From the NCBI GenBank assembly GCA_049301335.1, contig JBAQKV010000073.1, positions 1 through 38,181 on the forward strand: a stretch of 38,181 bases of DNA, in the 5' to 3' direction. The translations under genes were made by a program, and so were the position numbers. The notes below the pieces were generated by a model that saw only the letters and a program-made list of their open reading frames with translations, made no database searches and was not told the DNA's origin. Positions 8,873 to 16,656 of the stretch are shown one piece after another; position 1 is the stretch's first letter, and each line of letters opens with the position of its first letter. The DNA comes from Patescibacteria group bacterium (GTDB lineage: Bacteria; Patescibacteriota; Gracilibacteria; BD1-5; UBA2023).

Positions 8873-11353
8873 ATGGCTCTCAAGTGCGGTACCGACATGG
8901 AGTTCGAAGATTTCCGTTCCGGAGGCGAAAAAATCGCCCCCGGACGGATTTTGCCGTCCGTTCCCGAGAACGGTCTCGAAGTCCCGAAAGCGGCGTCGTT
9001 TACCGATCTCTTAGCGGTTCTTCGTACGAAAACGGCCGAAGATATCGTCTCCATCCTTGCCAACCAGGAAGCCGAAGGGCTGTACGGAACGCCCGAATCC
9101 ACCATCCGCAACGTCGCTTCGGACGTCGAAGAAACCGATAAGGAGTTGGCGTATTCGCTCTACGTCGCCAATTGGGAAAAATTCCGTGACGAGGATTCCC
9201 TCGGAAGGATCGTCGAGTTGGCATTGAAAACCGGACGCACGACCGACGCTTTCAAATACGCGCGCATCGCCCAATACCTGGGGGAAGATTTCAATCCTTT
9301 CTCCTTGATTTCGGCAATCGACTACGCTCGCGGAGGAGCTTTCGTCGAATCGGTCCTTGCCGGCGCCATCGTTCGCGATCCCAACCGCGTGCCGTACCTT
9401 TCCGATAAGGAAACCGCGCGCTTTCTCAAGGGCAGCCGCGAATTCGACGAGGCCGAATTGAAAAATCTGGACGAAAAATCGAAAGAAGCGTGGGAGATAA
9501 AACTTCGCGGACTCGAATACCGCGGACTTACCTTGCTCGATCCCGTGGCCGTACGTTCCTACGTTCGGGCTTTGTCGGACATCGCGAGCGGCAGTGCGGA
9601 AGTCGAAGGCGGCGCGAGCCGTTTTCTTGCCGAACACGCCTGTTCGGCCCCGTCCGCCGTCGCCGAGGCGCACTACGGTTTCGTCACGGGCGGCGAATCG
9701 ATCGTCACCGACGACCGCACGACGGTCGCGGACACCCTCTACCGCCGTTTCGCGCAGGTTTCCGAACACTTCCTCGATCACCGTTTCCTCGACCTTTTCG
9801 AGGAACTCCGCATGTTGTTCACGTTGCTCGACGCGCCGCTTCCGGCGTATTCTTTCGGGAAAATCGTCGAATCGCTCAAAACGCAGGAGAAGTTCTATGC
9901 CGAATTTCCGCCCTCGGTCATCGATTTCCGCAACCGCCTCCTCGCCGAACTTTCGTCCGCGTACGGAAGCGCGTACTATCCTCGCGTGAAAGCCTGGGCT
10001 TTCGGACGGAAAATGCCGTTCAGGATGCGCAACCACGGAGTGGGCGCCCTTCTGCTCGTCGACGCCCTCGCGCACGAAGAAGAGCTCACGCAGGAGATCG
10101 CCAACATGGCCCATAAGCTCTGGGATCTTCCGGTCATTCCCGAGGTCGCGTCGCTCATCGCCTTCGGTTTCGCGGCGAAAAACGAATATTCTTCGGCCGC
10201 CGAATGGCTTTCGCGTTCGAATCTCGACGATTCGGAAAACTCTGCGCTCCTTCTGAGGATCGTCGCGCAGTTCCGCGAACTTTCGCCCACCGCCATCGAC
10301 GCTTTCAAGGCCTGAGCGCCCATCGTCCGCCCTTCCGCCGAACACGCGCTTTCGCGCGTCCGCTCGATCGTGGCGAATTACGAAGCGCCGCTCGCGAACG
10401 AAATGCTCGGCGACAGCGAAGTGGGATTCTGAGATCCGGCCAAGGCGCTCGGGCATTACGCCGAAGCGTACCGATTAGGGAACGTGCCGGCGTTGAAGAA
10501 GCTCGCCGATCTCGAATACGCGATGGGGCGGTTCGACGAGGCCGTCGACCATTACGGCGCGCTCTACCTCGACCCCCGGTATGCCGCCGAAGTCGCCCCG
10601 AGACTATGTCTGGACGCTTGCGAGAAGGGCCGCATGGCCGCCGCGAAGGAATATTATGACAAGATCGACGCGTCCGCTCCCGAGAACTTCGGCGCGGTCG
10701 CCGAATACCACTCCTATGCCGGGGACCTGTTTTCCGGAATGTGCGTCCTTTCGCCGCATCCGGGAGTCCTTTTCGGGGATTTGTCCCCGGAGCTCCGCCG
10801 CGAATACGAAGCCTACGCCGACTCGCTCGTCGAGGACGTTCCCGCCGACGGGAAACTGAAAGAAATCCCGTCCGCGGAAACCTTCCCGGCGAAACTCGTC
10901 GCGCTCCGCGCTTCCGCGGTGACGTTCCTCAGGGGTGCGGAAGCCGGGGAACGGTATTTCCGTTTCGTATCCGACGCGGTGGTCCTCTCCGAAGATACCG
11001 ACCGGCAAGAAGAAATCGACGTGACCGTCATCGGCGCTTTGGCTCCGTGCCACGACGAAGGGGCCATCGGTTTCGCCACGTACGGCGAAGAGGCCAAAGA
11101 CGACCGCGAACAGTCGCTCATCGACCTGCTCGCGACCGACGCCCGTCTGCTCGCCGAAACGTACCGTGAATGCGCGACCGATCCGGCACGCCGGACCGCG
11201 TATTCGTCGATGCTCTGCCGGCTGTCCGATTTCTTCGCCAGCCACGATCCCGAACTCTCCGGATTCTTCAGGGAAGCCGGGGCGCTTGCGACCGGCGGGG
11301 TCGAATTCGATACCGAAGGCGAGGGGGCTCCGAGTTCCGCGATCCTGCACTAG
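8873..11353 (+). CDS. Large TPR-like/helical-repeat protein (826 aa if two in-frame UGA are read)
   Basis: ORFs 8873..10315 and 10484..11353 share one frame. The 168-nt gap has no TAA/TAG and reads as coding: '...AFKA[TGA]APIVRPSAEHALSRVRSIVANYEAPLANEMLGDSEVGF[TGA]DPAKALGHYAEAYRLGNVPALKKLADLEYAMGRFDEAVDHY'. The TGA codons are at 10313-10315 and 10430-10432. TAG stop. Confidence 0.6.
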
Positions 11354-11366
11354 CCGCTTTCATGAA

Positions 11367-11397
11367 GAAAAGCTCCGGGTCGTCCCGGAGTTTTTCT
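11367..11397 (+). terminator. Rho-independent terminator
   Basis: Sequence aaaaGCTCCGGGtcgtCCCGGAGtttttc. Confidence 0.7.
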
Positions 11398-11448
11398 TTC
11401 GAGTTTCAGCGTTCCCGCTCCTGAACGGATGATTTTTTATAAATTGTT

Positions 11449-11476
11449 TTGACAACACTTAATAGGCACATATATT
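11449..11476 (+). promoter_or_regulatory. Sigma70-like promoter of the pncA operon
   Basis: TTGACA (11449-11454), 16-nt spacer, TATATT (11471-11476), in an AT-rich island within a GC-rich genome. Confidence 0.5.
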
Positions 11477-11479
11477 GCA

Positions 11480-11505
11480 AGTGTATTAAGTACACGTAAT
11501 AGAAA
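11480..11505. promoter_or_regulatory. Operator-like motif, copy 1 (AGTGTATTAAGTACAcgTAATAGAAa)
   Basis: Starts 4 nt after the -10 box. It is 23/26 identical to 26844-26869. The core TGTA-N5-TACA is an inverted repeat. Confidence 0.5.
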
Positions 11506-11575
11506 GCGGAGACGGAAAGAATCAGGTTTGCTGATGACATGAAGCACCGATTCCCATTCCGCGCGTCCTATAATA

Positions 11576-11590
11576 AGTGTAATAAATACA
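11576..11590. promoter_or_regulatory. Operator-like motif, copy 2 (AGTGTAATAAATACA)
   Basis: Follows a TATAAT hexamer (11569-11574). Same AGTGT-N-TACA core as copy 1. Confidence 0.4.
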
Positions 11591-11612
11591 TTTACATAAT
11601 AAACGCAGGATT

Positions 11613-12212
11613 ATGAAAAACCAAGCCCTCATCGTCGTCGACTACCAGAAAGACTTCATCGACGGTTCCCTCGCCGTAACCGGGGGAGCGGAACTCGCGC
11701 CGAGAATAGCCCGGCTCGTCTCGGAATACCGCGCCAAATCCGGAATGGTCATCGCCACCCGCGACTGGCACCCGCAAAAATCCGTCCACTTCGACAGCTG
11801 GCCGATCCACTGCGTAGCCGGACCCCGGGGTGCCGAATACGGCGAAATCGACACATCCGCCATCGACGTCGAAATCTTCAAAGGATACATGAACACGCAC
11901 GACGGGTACTCGGGATTCGAAGGGGTTAGTGCCCTCATCGGAAGTCCGCAAGACGGATACGAAAAGGCCCCGGGCGCCAAGACGCTCGAAGAAGTCCTCG
12001 CCGAATCGAGAATCCGCATCGTCCGCATCGTCGGTCTCGCTACCGACTTCTGCATCAAGGCTACCGCACTCGACGCCGCCAAGCTCCGAAACGGGGGAAC
12101 CCTCGACCGCGTCATCGTCCAACGCTCCGGCATCGCCGCGGTGAACCTCAAAGAAGGCGACGGCGAACGCGCCATCGAAGAAATGCTCGCCGCCGGAATA
12201 GAAATCGAATAA
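11613..12212 (+). CDS. pncA: Nicotinamidase/pyrazinamidase (isochorismatase family)
   Basis: 'ALIVVDYQKDFIDG', the metal-site-like 'TRDWHPQKSVHF', and the catalytic-Cys context 'GLATDFCIKATALDA'. TAA stop. Confidence 0.85.
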   Translation: MKNQALIVVDYQKDFIDGSLAVTGGAELAPRIARLVSEYRAKSGMVIATRDWHPQKSVHFDSWPIHCVAGPRGAEYGEIDTSAIDVEIFKGYMNTHDGYSGFEGVSALIGSPQDGYEKAPGAKTLEEVLAESRIRIVRIVGLATDFCIKATALDAAKLRNGGTLDRVIVQRSGIAAVNLKEGDGERAIEEMLAAGIEIE

Positions 12213-12224
12213 CCATCTCATCCC

Positions 12225-13721
12225 ATGCTCGCTCCCGCTTCCAAATTCGACGCTTCCGCCTATGCGGACGCCCGCTTCAATTTCCCGGAAATCTCGTACG
12301 CCGATTTCGAATCCATCGACGATCTCGACCTCCGCAAGGAAATCGCCGGACTCAACAAGATCCTCCTCACCGACACCTACAACCGCACCATGGCGCACAC
12401 CCGGGGCGAGATGGGAAAAAAAGAGGAAACCTATACGCTCACGTTCCGCAAGCCGCTTTACGAAGGCGCGCCCATCGTCGCCTACGGCGTCCGCAACATC
12501 GTGAAACGCGTGCTCGGCCGCCGCATCAGCGAAGCCGAACTCGAATTCGCCCGCGACTTCTTTGAGGCCCAGACGAAAAAGGGCGGAAACGGCTACTTCG
12601 ACTACGAAGCTTGGGCGAAGGTCGTCCGCGAAAACGACGGGTACATGCCCATTACCGTCCGCGCAGTGGAAGACGGGACCTTGGTCAAGGCCGGCGAACC
12701 GGTCCTCTCGGTTACCGGACCGGGCGAAATGGCCGCGCACTTCGAACCGATTTTCCTCCGCCTCTTCTACCAGAGCGCGGTCGCGACCGAACTCAACGTT
12801 CTTGAGAACATTCTCGGATCGGGTCGCGTAGTCGAATTCGGAAGCCGCTCCGCTTGGAACAACGGCACCCACTTCGATGCGCTCGAGGCCCTCGCCGTAG
12901 GCGGCGGGCTCGTAGGAACCTCCGACGATGCCGGGGCTGCCGCCTTGCCGAACCTCCGCGCAGCGGGAACCATCGCGCACCGTTTCCTCGCGAGCTACCC
13001 CACCGAAGAAGGGGCGTTCCGCGAAGCGATCGAAAAGAACGAGAAGATCGCCCTCCTCATCGACCTCATCGAACCGTACCGCGGCATCGACCGGGCCGTA
13101 GCACTCAAGAAGGAATACCGCGCGAGCGGAAAAGCCGTCTGGATGCGCCTCGACTCGGGCGACCTCGCCGCCCAGGCCGTCTACGCATTGGAACAGTGCC
13201 GCGACCGCGGAATGCTCGACCCGGCGTTGGACAAGGTGGTCGTCGCCGACATTTCCTCCGTCGCAGACGTCATCCGCGTGGAAGAAGCGGTCGCCGCGGC
13301 CGGATTCGACCCGAAGCAGTTCATCGTCTACGGACTCGGCGGTCTCTTGGTCGCGACCAAGAAGACCCGCGACGCGCTCTCTGCCGCGTTCAAGCTCACC
13401 GAAACTGAAGACGGCGTCACCGGAAAACTCTCCGCCGACGCCGGCAAGGTCGCGGTACCGGGCAAGATCAACGTCGAAATCCGCGATAACGAACGCGTCA
13501 TCGTCAACGAAGCCGAAGAAATCCAAGGCAAGCGCCTCTTGAAACTCGTCTACTCCAGCGGCAAGACCTTCTTCGATGAAAAGAGCGACGTCAAGGCCGT
13601 GGAAGCCGCCCGCGAACGCGTGAAGGCCAACGTTTCCGACGCTCTCAAGCCCACCGTTTGGTCCGACCGTGTCAAAAAGGATTTGGAAGACGTGAAAGAA
13701 CGTTTCTTGAAGATGGCGTAG
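12225..13721 (+). CDS. Nicotinate (or nicotinamide) phosphoribosyltransferase family protein (498 aa)
   Basis: 'LLTDTYNRTMAH' is the N-terminal signature of the NAPRT/NAMPT family, and 'MRLDSGDL' is also present. The gene lies directly downstream of pncA. TAG stop. Confidence 0.7.
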   Translation: MLAPASKFDASAYADARFNFPEISYADFESIDDLDLRKEIAGLNKILLTDTYNRTMAHTRGEMGKKEETYTLTFRKPLYEGAPIVAYGVRNIVKRVLGRRISEAELEFARDFFEAQTKKGGNGYFDYEAWAKVVRENDGYMPITVRAVEDGTLVKAGEPVLSVTGPGEMAAHFEPIFLRLFYQSAVATELNVLENILGSGRVVEFGSRSAWNNGTHFDALEALAVGGGLVGTSDDAGAAALPNLRAAGTIAHRFLASYPTEEGAFREAIEKNEKIALLIDLIEPYRGIDRAVALKKEYRASGKAVWMRLDSGDLAAQAVYALEQCRDRGMLDPALDKVVVADISSVADVIRVEEAVAAAGFDPKQFIVYGLGGLLVATKKTRDALSAAFKLTETEDGVTGKLSADAGKVAVPGKINVEIRDNERVIVNEAEEIQGKRLLKLVYSSGKTFFDEKSDVKAVEAARERVKANVSDALKPTVWSDRVKKDLEDVKERFLKMA

Positions 13722-13809
13722 ATACTGGCGACCGCTTTTCCATAGGAAACGCTTAGGAGTTGACGTTTCGCCTTCGATTGATATAAAAAACCCGTAACCA
13801 CGCGTCGAA

Positions 13810-14841
13810 ATGCGAAACGCCCCTATCGAAGAAAGAGTCGAATCCATGCTCCTTTGAGTCGCCCTGGGCGACTCTTTGGGCGTTCCGACGGAAATGAAGA
13901 CGGCGGAAAAGATCCGCGAGCGGTTCGACCGCGTGACGGGATTCTTGCCGACCCGGCATAACGCCATGTTCGTTAAGGACGGGTTTCCCGCCGACAGCGA
14001 CGAAGGAGGATATTACAGCGACGACACCGTTCTCACCTTCGCCACGCTGCGGGCATTGACGAAGGACGGGCATCTCGACCAACGGAACGTCGTCCGCGAA
14101 CAGCTCGCCTCGGCCGCAAGGTGGCCGTACGGCTTCGGCAGGGCGACCACCGAGGTTTTCGCGACGATAAGGCAGGGCGGAAAGTTGCTCGAAAGCGGAA
14201 TCGAGACCGCGGGAAACGGCGTGCTTATGAAACAATCGCCCCTCGCGGCGTACGAGGCGCTCTCGGGAACGAGTTTCGGCGCTATGGAACAGCACGTGGC
14301 CGATTATGCCCGCGTGACCCATAAATCGCCGGAAGCCGTAGTCGCCTCGTTGGTGCACCACAAAGTTTTGGTCGATCTCCTTCTGAATGGCGAATTCGAC
14401 GCGCACGCCGCGTTGACCAACGCGTGGAGTTACGCCAAGCGCTTTGAAAACGGGGATGCCGCGAAATGACTGAAAGACCGGGTGACGGACCGAATCGAAC
14501 GACTCATGGACATGACCGACGCTTCGACCGGCAGAGTGGTTTCTTCGGACGCCGTCATCAAATCCGCTTTCGATTGGGGTGACAAGATGGGCGCGTCATG
14601 CTATGCGCTTACGACCTTGGGCATTTCGTACGCCCTGTTCATGAGGAATCCCCATTCGATCGACGCCATGTTCGACGCGGTGAATTTCGGCGGCGATACC
14701 GACAGCTACGCGGGAATCGTAGGATCGATGCTCGGCGCCGCGAACGGAAAATTTTATTCGGACGAACTCTTCGACGGGGTAGTCGAAGGAGATGCGTTGA
14801 AAAGGGGGGCGAGGGAGTTTTTGGGGAGGTTTCGAAAATAG
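13810..14841 (+). CDS. ADP-ribosylglycohydrolase family protein (343 aa, two in-frame UGA)
   Basis: One frame runs from ATG 13810 to TAG 14841. The N-terminus 'ERVESMLL[TGA]VALGDSLGVPTEM' matches the family motif G-a-l-l-G-l-a-v-GDalG-p-E, with the TGA (13855-13857) on the conserved Gly. A second TGA lies at 14467-14469. The C-terminal 'GGDTDSYAGIVGSMLGAANG' family motif is downstream of it, so both halves are needed for one domain. Confidence 0.8.
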
Positions 14842-14856
14842 AACGTAAGCATTTGT

Positions 14857-14884
14857 AAAATCCCCCCGTTTTCACGGGGGGATT
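14857..14884. terminator. Hairpin terminator between convergent genes (better T-tract on the minus strand)
   Basis: Sequence aaaATCCCCCCGttttcaCGGGGGGATt. Confidence 0.6.
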
Positions 14885-14927
14885 CATATTGCGTCCGAAT
14901 CTGGGAAATGCTATCGCATCCCCAAAC

Positions 14928-15659
14928 TTAGGACTGTCCTTCTACATTGGCCGCGGCGGGTGCCTGGGCTTCTGCGTTGGGCGTTTCTTCAACCACTGCG
15001 GCCGTTTCGGCCACTTCCGCAGCCGGGGTTTCCGACACGATCACCGCGTCTTCGACCGCAGCGCCTGCTTCTGCCGCCGCGGTTTCTTCGACCACGGCCG
15101 TGCCTTCAGCACCTTCGGCAACTTCCGCCTTGGCTTCGTCCGCGGCCGGGGTTTCCGGTGCGGCTTCGACCACGGCTTCCGCTGCAGCGCCTTCGACGGC
15201 GACGATGACTTCGCCTTCGAGCACGGTTTCACCCGCACCTACGGCTTCGACTTGCGCGACTTCTGCCACTGCGACGGCTTCGATCACTTCAACCGTTTCT
15301 TCGACCACGGTTTGTGCAGGAGCTTCTTCAACCGCTGCGACCGCTGCCGGAGTTTCCGACACGATTACCGTTTCTTCGACCACGGTTTCGTCCACTGCGC
15401 CGGCAACGACCGCCGGGGTTTCTTCGACTGCGGCTGCCGCACCTTCGGCAACTTCCGCCTTGGCTTCGTCCGCAGCCGGGGTTTCCGGTGCGGCTTCGAC
15501 CACGGCTTCCGCTGCGGTGCCTTCGCCGGCGACGATGACTTCGCCTTCGATAACCGGGGTGCCGGCATCGACGGCCACGACCTGGGCGGTCGCGTTTTCG
15601 TTGTTGTCGTTTTGACCCGCTACGCCTTCTGCTTGACCGGCGTTTTCGTTATTTTCCAT
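14928..15659 (-). CDS. Highly acidic Ala/Glu/Val/Thr-rich repeat protein (243 aa). No signal peptide.
   Basis: AGGAG lies 7 nt upstream of ATG 15659. TAA stop at 14928, followed by a terminator. There is an internal duplication of about 110 aa ('EGEVIVA.EG.AAEAVVEAAPETPAADEAKAEVAEGA' occurs twice). The mirror ORFs on the plus strand lack an SD. Confidence 0.55.
   Translation of the reverse strand: MENNENAGQAEGVAGQNDNNENATAQVVAVDAGTPVIEGEVIVAGEGTAAEAVVEAAPETPAADEAKAEVAEGAAAAVEETPAVVAGAVDETVVEETVIVSETPAAVAAVEEAPAQTVVEETVEVIEAVAVAEVAQVEAVGAGETVLEGEVIVAVEGAAAEAVVEAAPETPAADEAKAEVAEGAEGTAVVEETAAAEAGAAVEDAVIVSETPAAEVAETAAVVEETPNAEAQAPAAANVEGQS
15027..15550. repeat. Intragenic tandem duplication, period about 330 bp
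   Basis: 15111-15220 and 15441-15550 differ at about 4 of 110 positions. The flanking segments at about 15027 and about 15350 are more diverged. Confidence 0.8.
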
Positions 15660-15743
15660 CACGTATCTCCTTTTGTTGGCACTTCCGGGGAATCCGAAAG
15701 TCGGCTGAGTCTACGGTTTTGCCCACAGGAGTCAAAAGAATGA

Positions 15744-15774
15744 GAAATCCCCCCGCTTTCGCAGGGGGATTTTT
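15744..15774. terminator. Hairpin terminator
   Basis: Sequence gaaATCCCCCcgctttcgcaGGGGGATtttt, with T/A runs on both sides. Confidence 0.65.
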
Positions 15775-16216
15775 AATCGCTTGGTACGTCGGCCATACGT
15801 CAGGCGGGGAAGAACGTCTTCCAAGCCCAAAAGTAAACCGGGTACAAAAGCGGAGCCGTTATGACGAACGCGTAGAGCGTGCCGGGCAGCATGGCTGCGC
15901 CTACCTTGGCGTAGAGGTCGTTCTTGCGGACGTTCTCGTACGACCAGTCGTCTTCGAGCCGGCCTCCGAGGTATCCTCCGCCGTAGCCGTGGTCGAGCGC
16001 TTCGTCCACCTGTTTGCGGATGAACGCCGCTTTTCGGCCGGGGAGTTGGAGGTACAGATCGTCGGCGAGAGCGGAGAGCGGAAGGAATATCCCTCCGCGT
16101 GTCCCTTCGTAGCTGAAGTTGTACGCGAACGTGCCGTAGACGAAGTACCAAATGGCGAATACCGCCAAATAGTTCCAGGTCAGCGCGTGCGCGACGATGG
16201 GATGGTAGCCCTCCAT
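15773..16216 (-). CDS. Hypothetical membrane protein (138 aa to the TGA at 15800; 147 aa if read to the TAA at 15773)
   Basis: Hydrophobic N- and C-terminal segments ('YLAVFAIWYFVYGTFAY', 'LPGTLYAFVITAPLLYPVYFWAW'). The first stop is TGA 15800-15802, and an in-frame TAA follows 9 codons later, directly abutting the terminator. Confidence 0.5.
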
Positions 16217-16219
16217 CGT

Positions 16220-16510
16220 TTACAGCCCGCCCAATATGTCGCCGGCAGCGCTGCAAACGCCTTCGACCACCGCTCCGCCGCATTCGAGCGCGCCGATAGC
16301 GACGTTTCCGGCGCCTTGGAGCACGGCACTCCCGGCTTCGACGACGAGTTCGAGCGCGCCGTCGAGGATGCCTTCGGCGACTTCGCCGACGGCATCGCCC
16401 GAAGCGGAAGCCTGTTGGCGGACGTTTTCATTCTGCGGTTGTCCCGCTTGATGCGTCACCCGGACCAAAGCGTCTGCTTGGCCCACGATGTCTTCGGTTT
16501 CCATTCGCAT
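16220..16510 (-). CDS. Small Gly/Ala/Val/Glu-rich protein (96 aa)
   Basis: AAGGAG lies 6 nt upstream of ATG 16510. The TAA stop is 3 nt before the next gene's start. The C-terminal half is G/A-rich with two Cys. Confidence 0.5.
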   Translation of the reverse strand: MRMETEDIVGQADALVRVTHQAGQPQNENVRQQASASGDAVGEVAEGILDGALELVVEAGSAVLQGAGNVAIGALECGGAVVEGVCSAAGDILGGL

Positions 16511-16551
16511 GGATTGCTCCTTATGTTTGGTTTTCGTTTCCGCGAAGTGCG

Positions 16552-16582
16552 AAAAGACTCCCGAATCGTAATCTGGGAGTCT
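16552..16582 (-). terminator. Rho-independent terminator of the CoaD-CoaE-HD gene
   Basis: On the minus strand: AGACTCCCAgattacgattcGGGAGTCTtttcg. Confidence 0.55.
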
Positions 16583-16656
16583 CGAATGTCAAACCGCATA
16601 ATGACGGTTTCTATATTGTCAATAAACGGAACTCGTTTGATTTCGAACGCCCCGCG

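Noticed and set aside
14928-15662. The repeat region as a CRISPR array or a satellite
   Set aside because: There are only two long copies (about 200 bp, period about 330 bp) and no short direct repeats alternating with unique spacers. The repeats are in frame within a coding sequence.
14889-15743. Plus-strand ORFs across the repeat region (14889..15743, 284 aa; 14947..15615, 222 aa)
   Set aside because: They are mirror images of the minus-strand acidic protein in a region with no stops in any frame. They lack an SD or a credible start context. The minus-strand ORF has AGGAG-N7-ATG and a downstream terminator.
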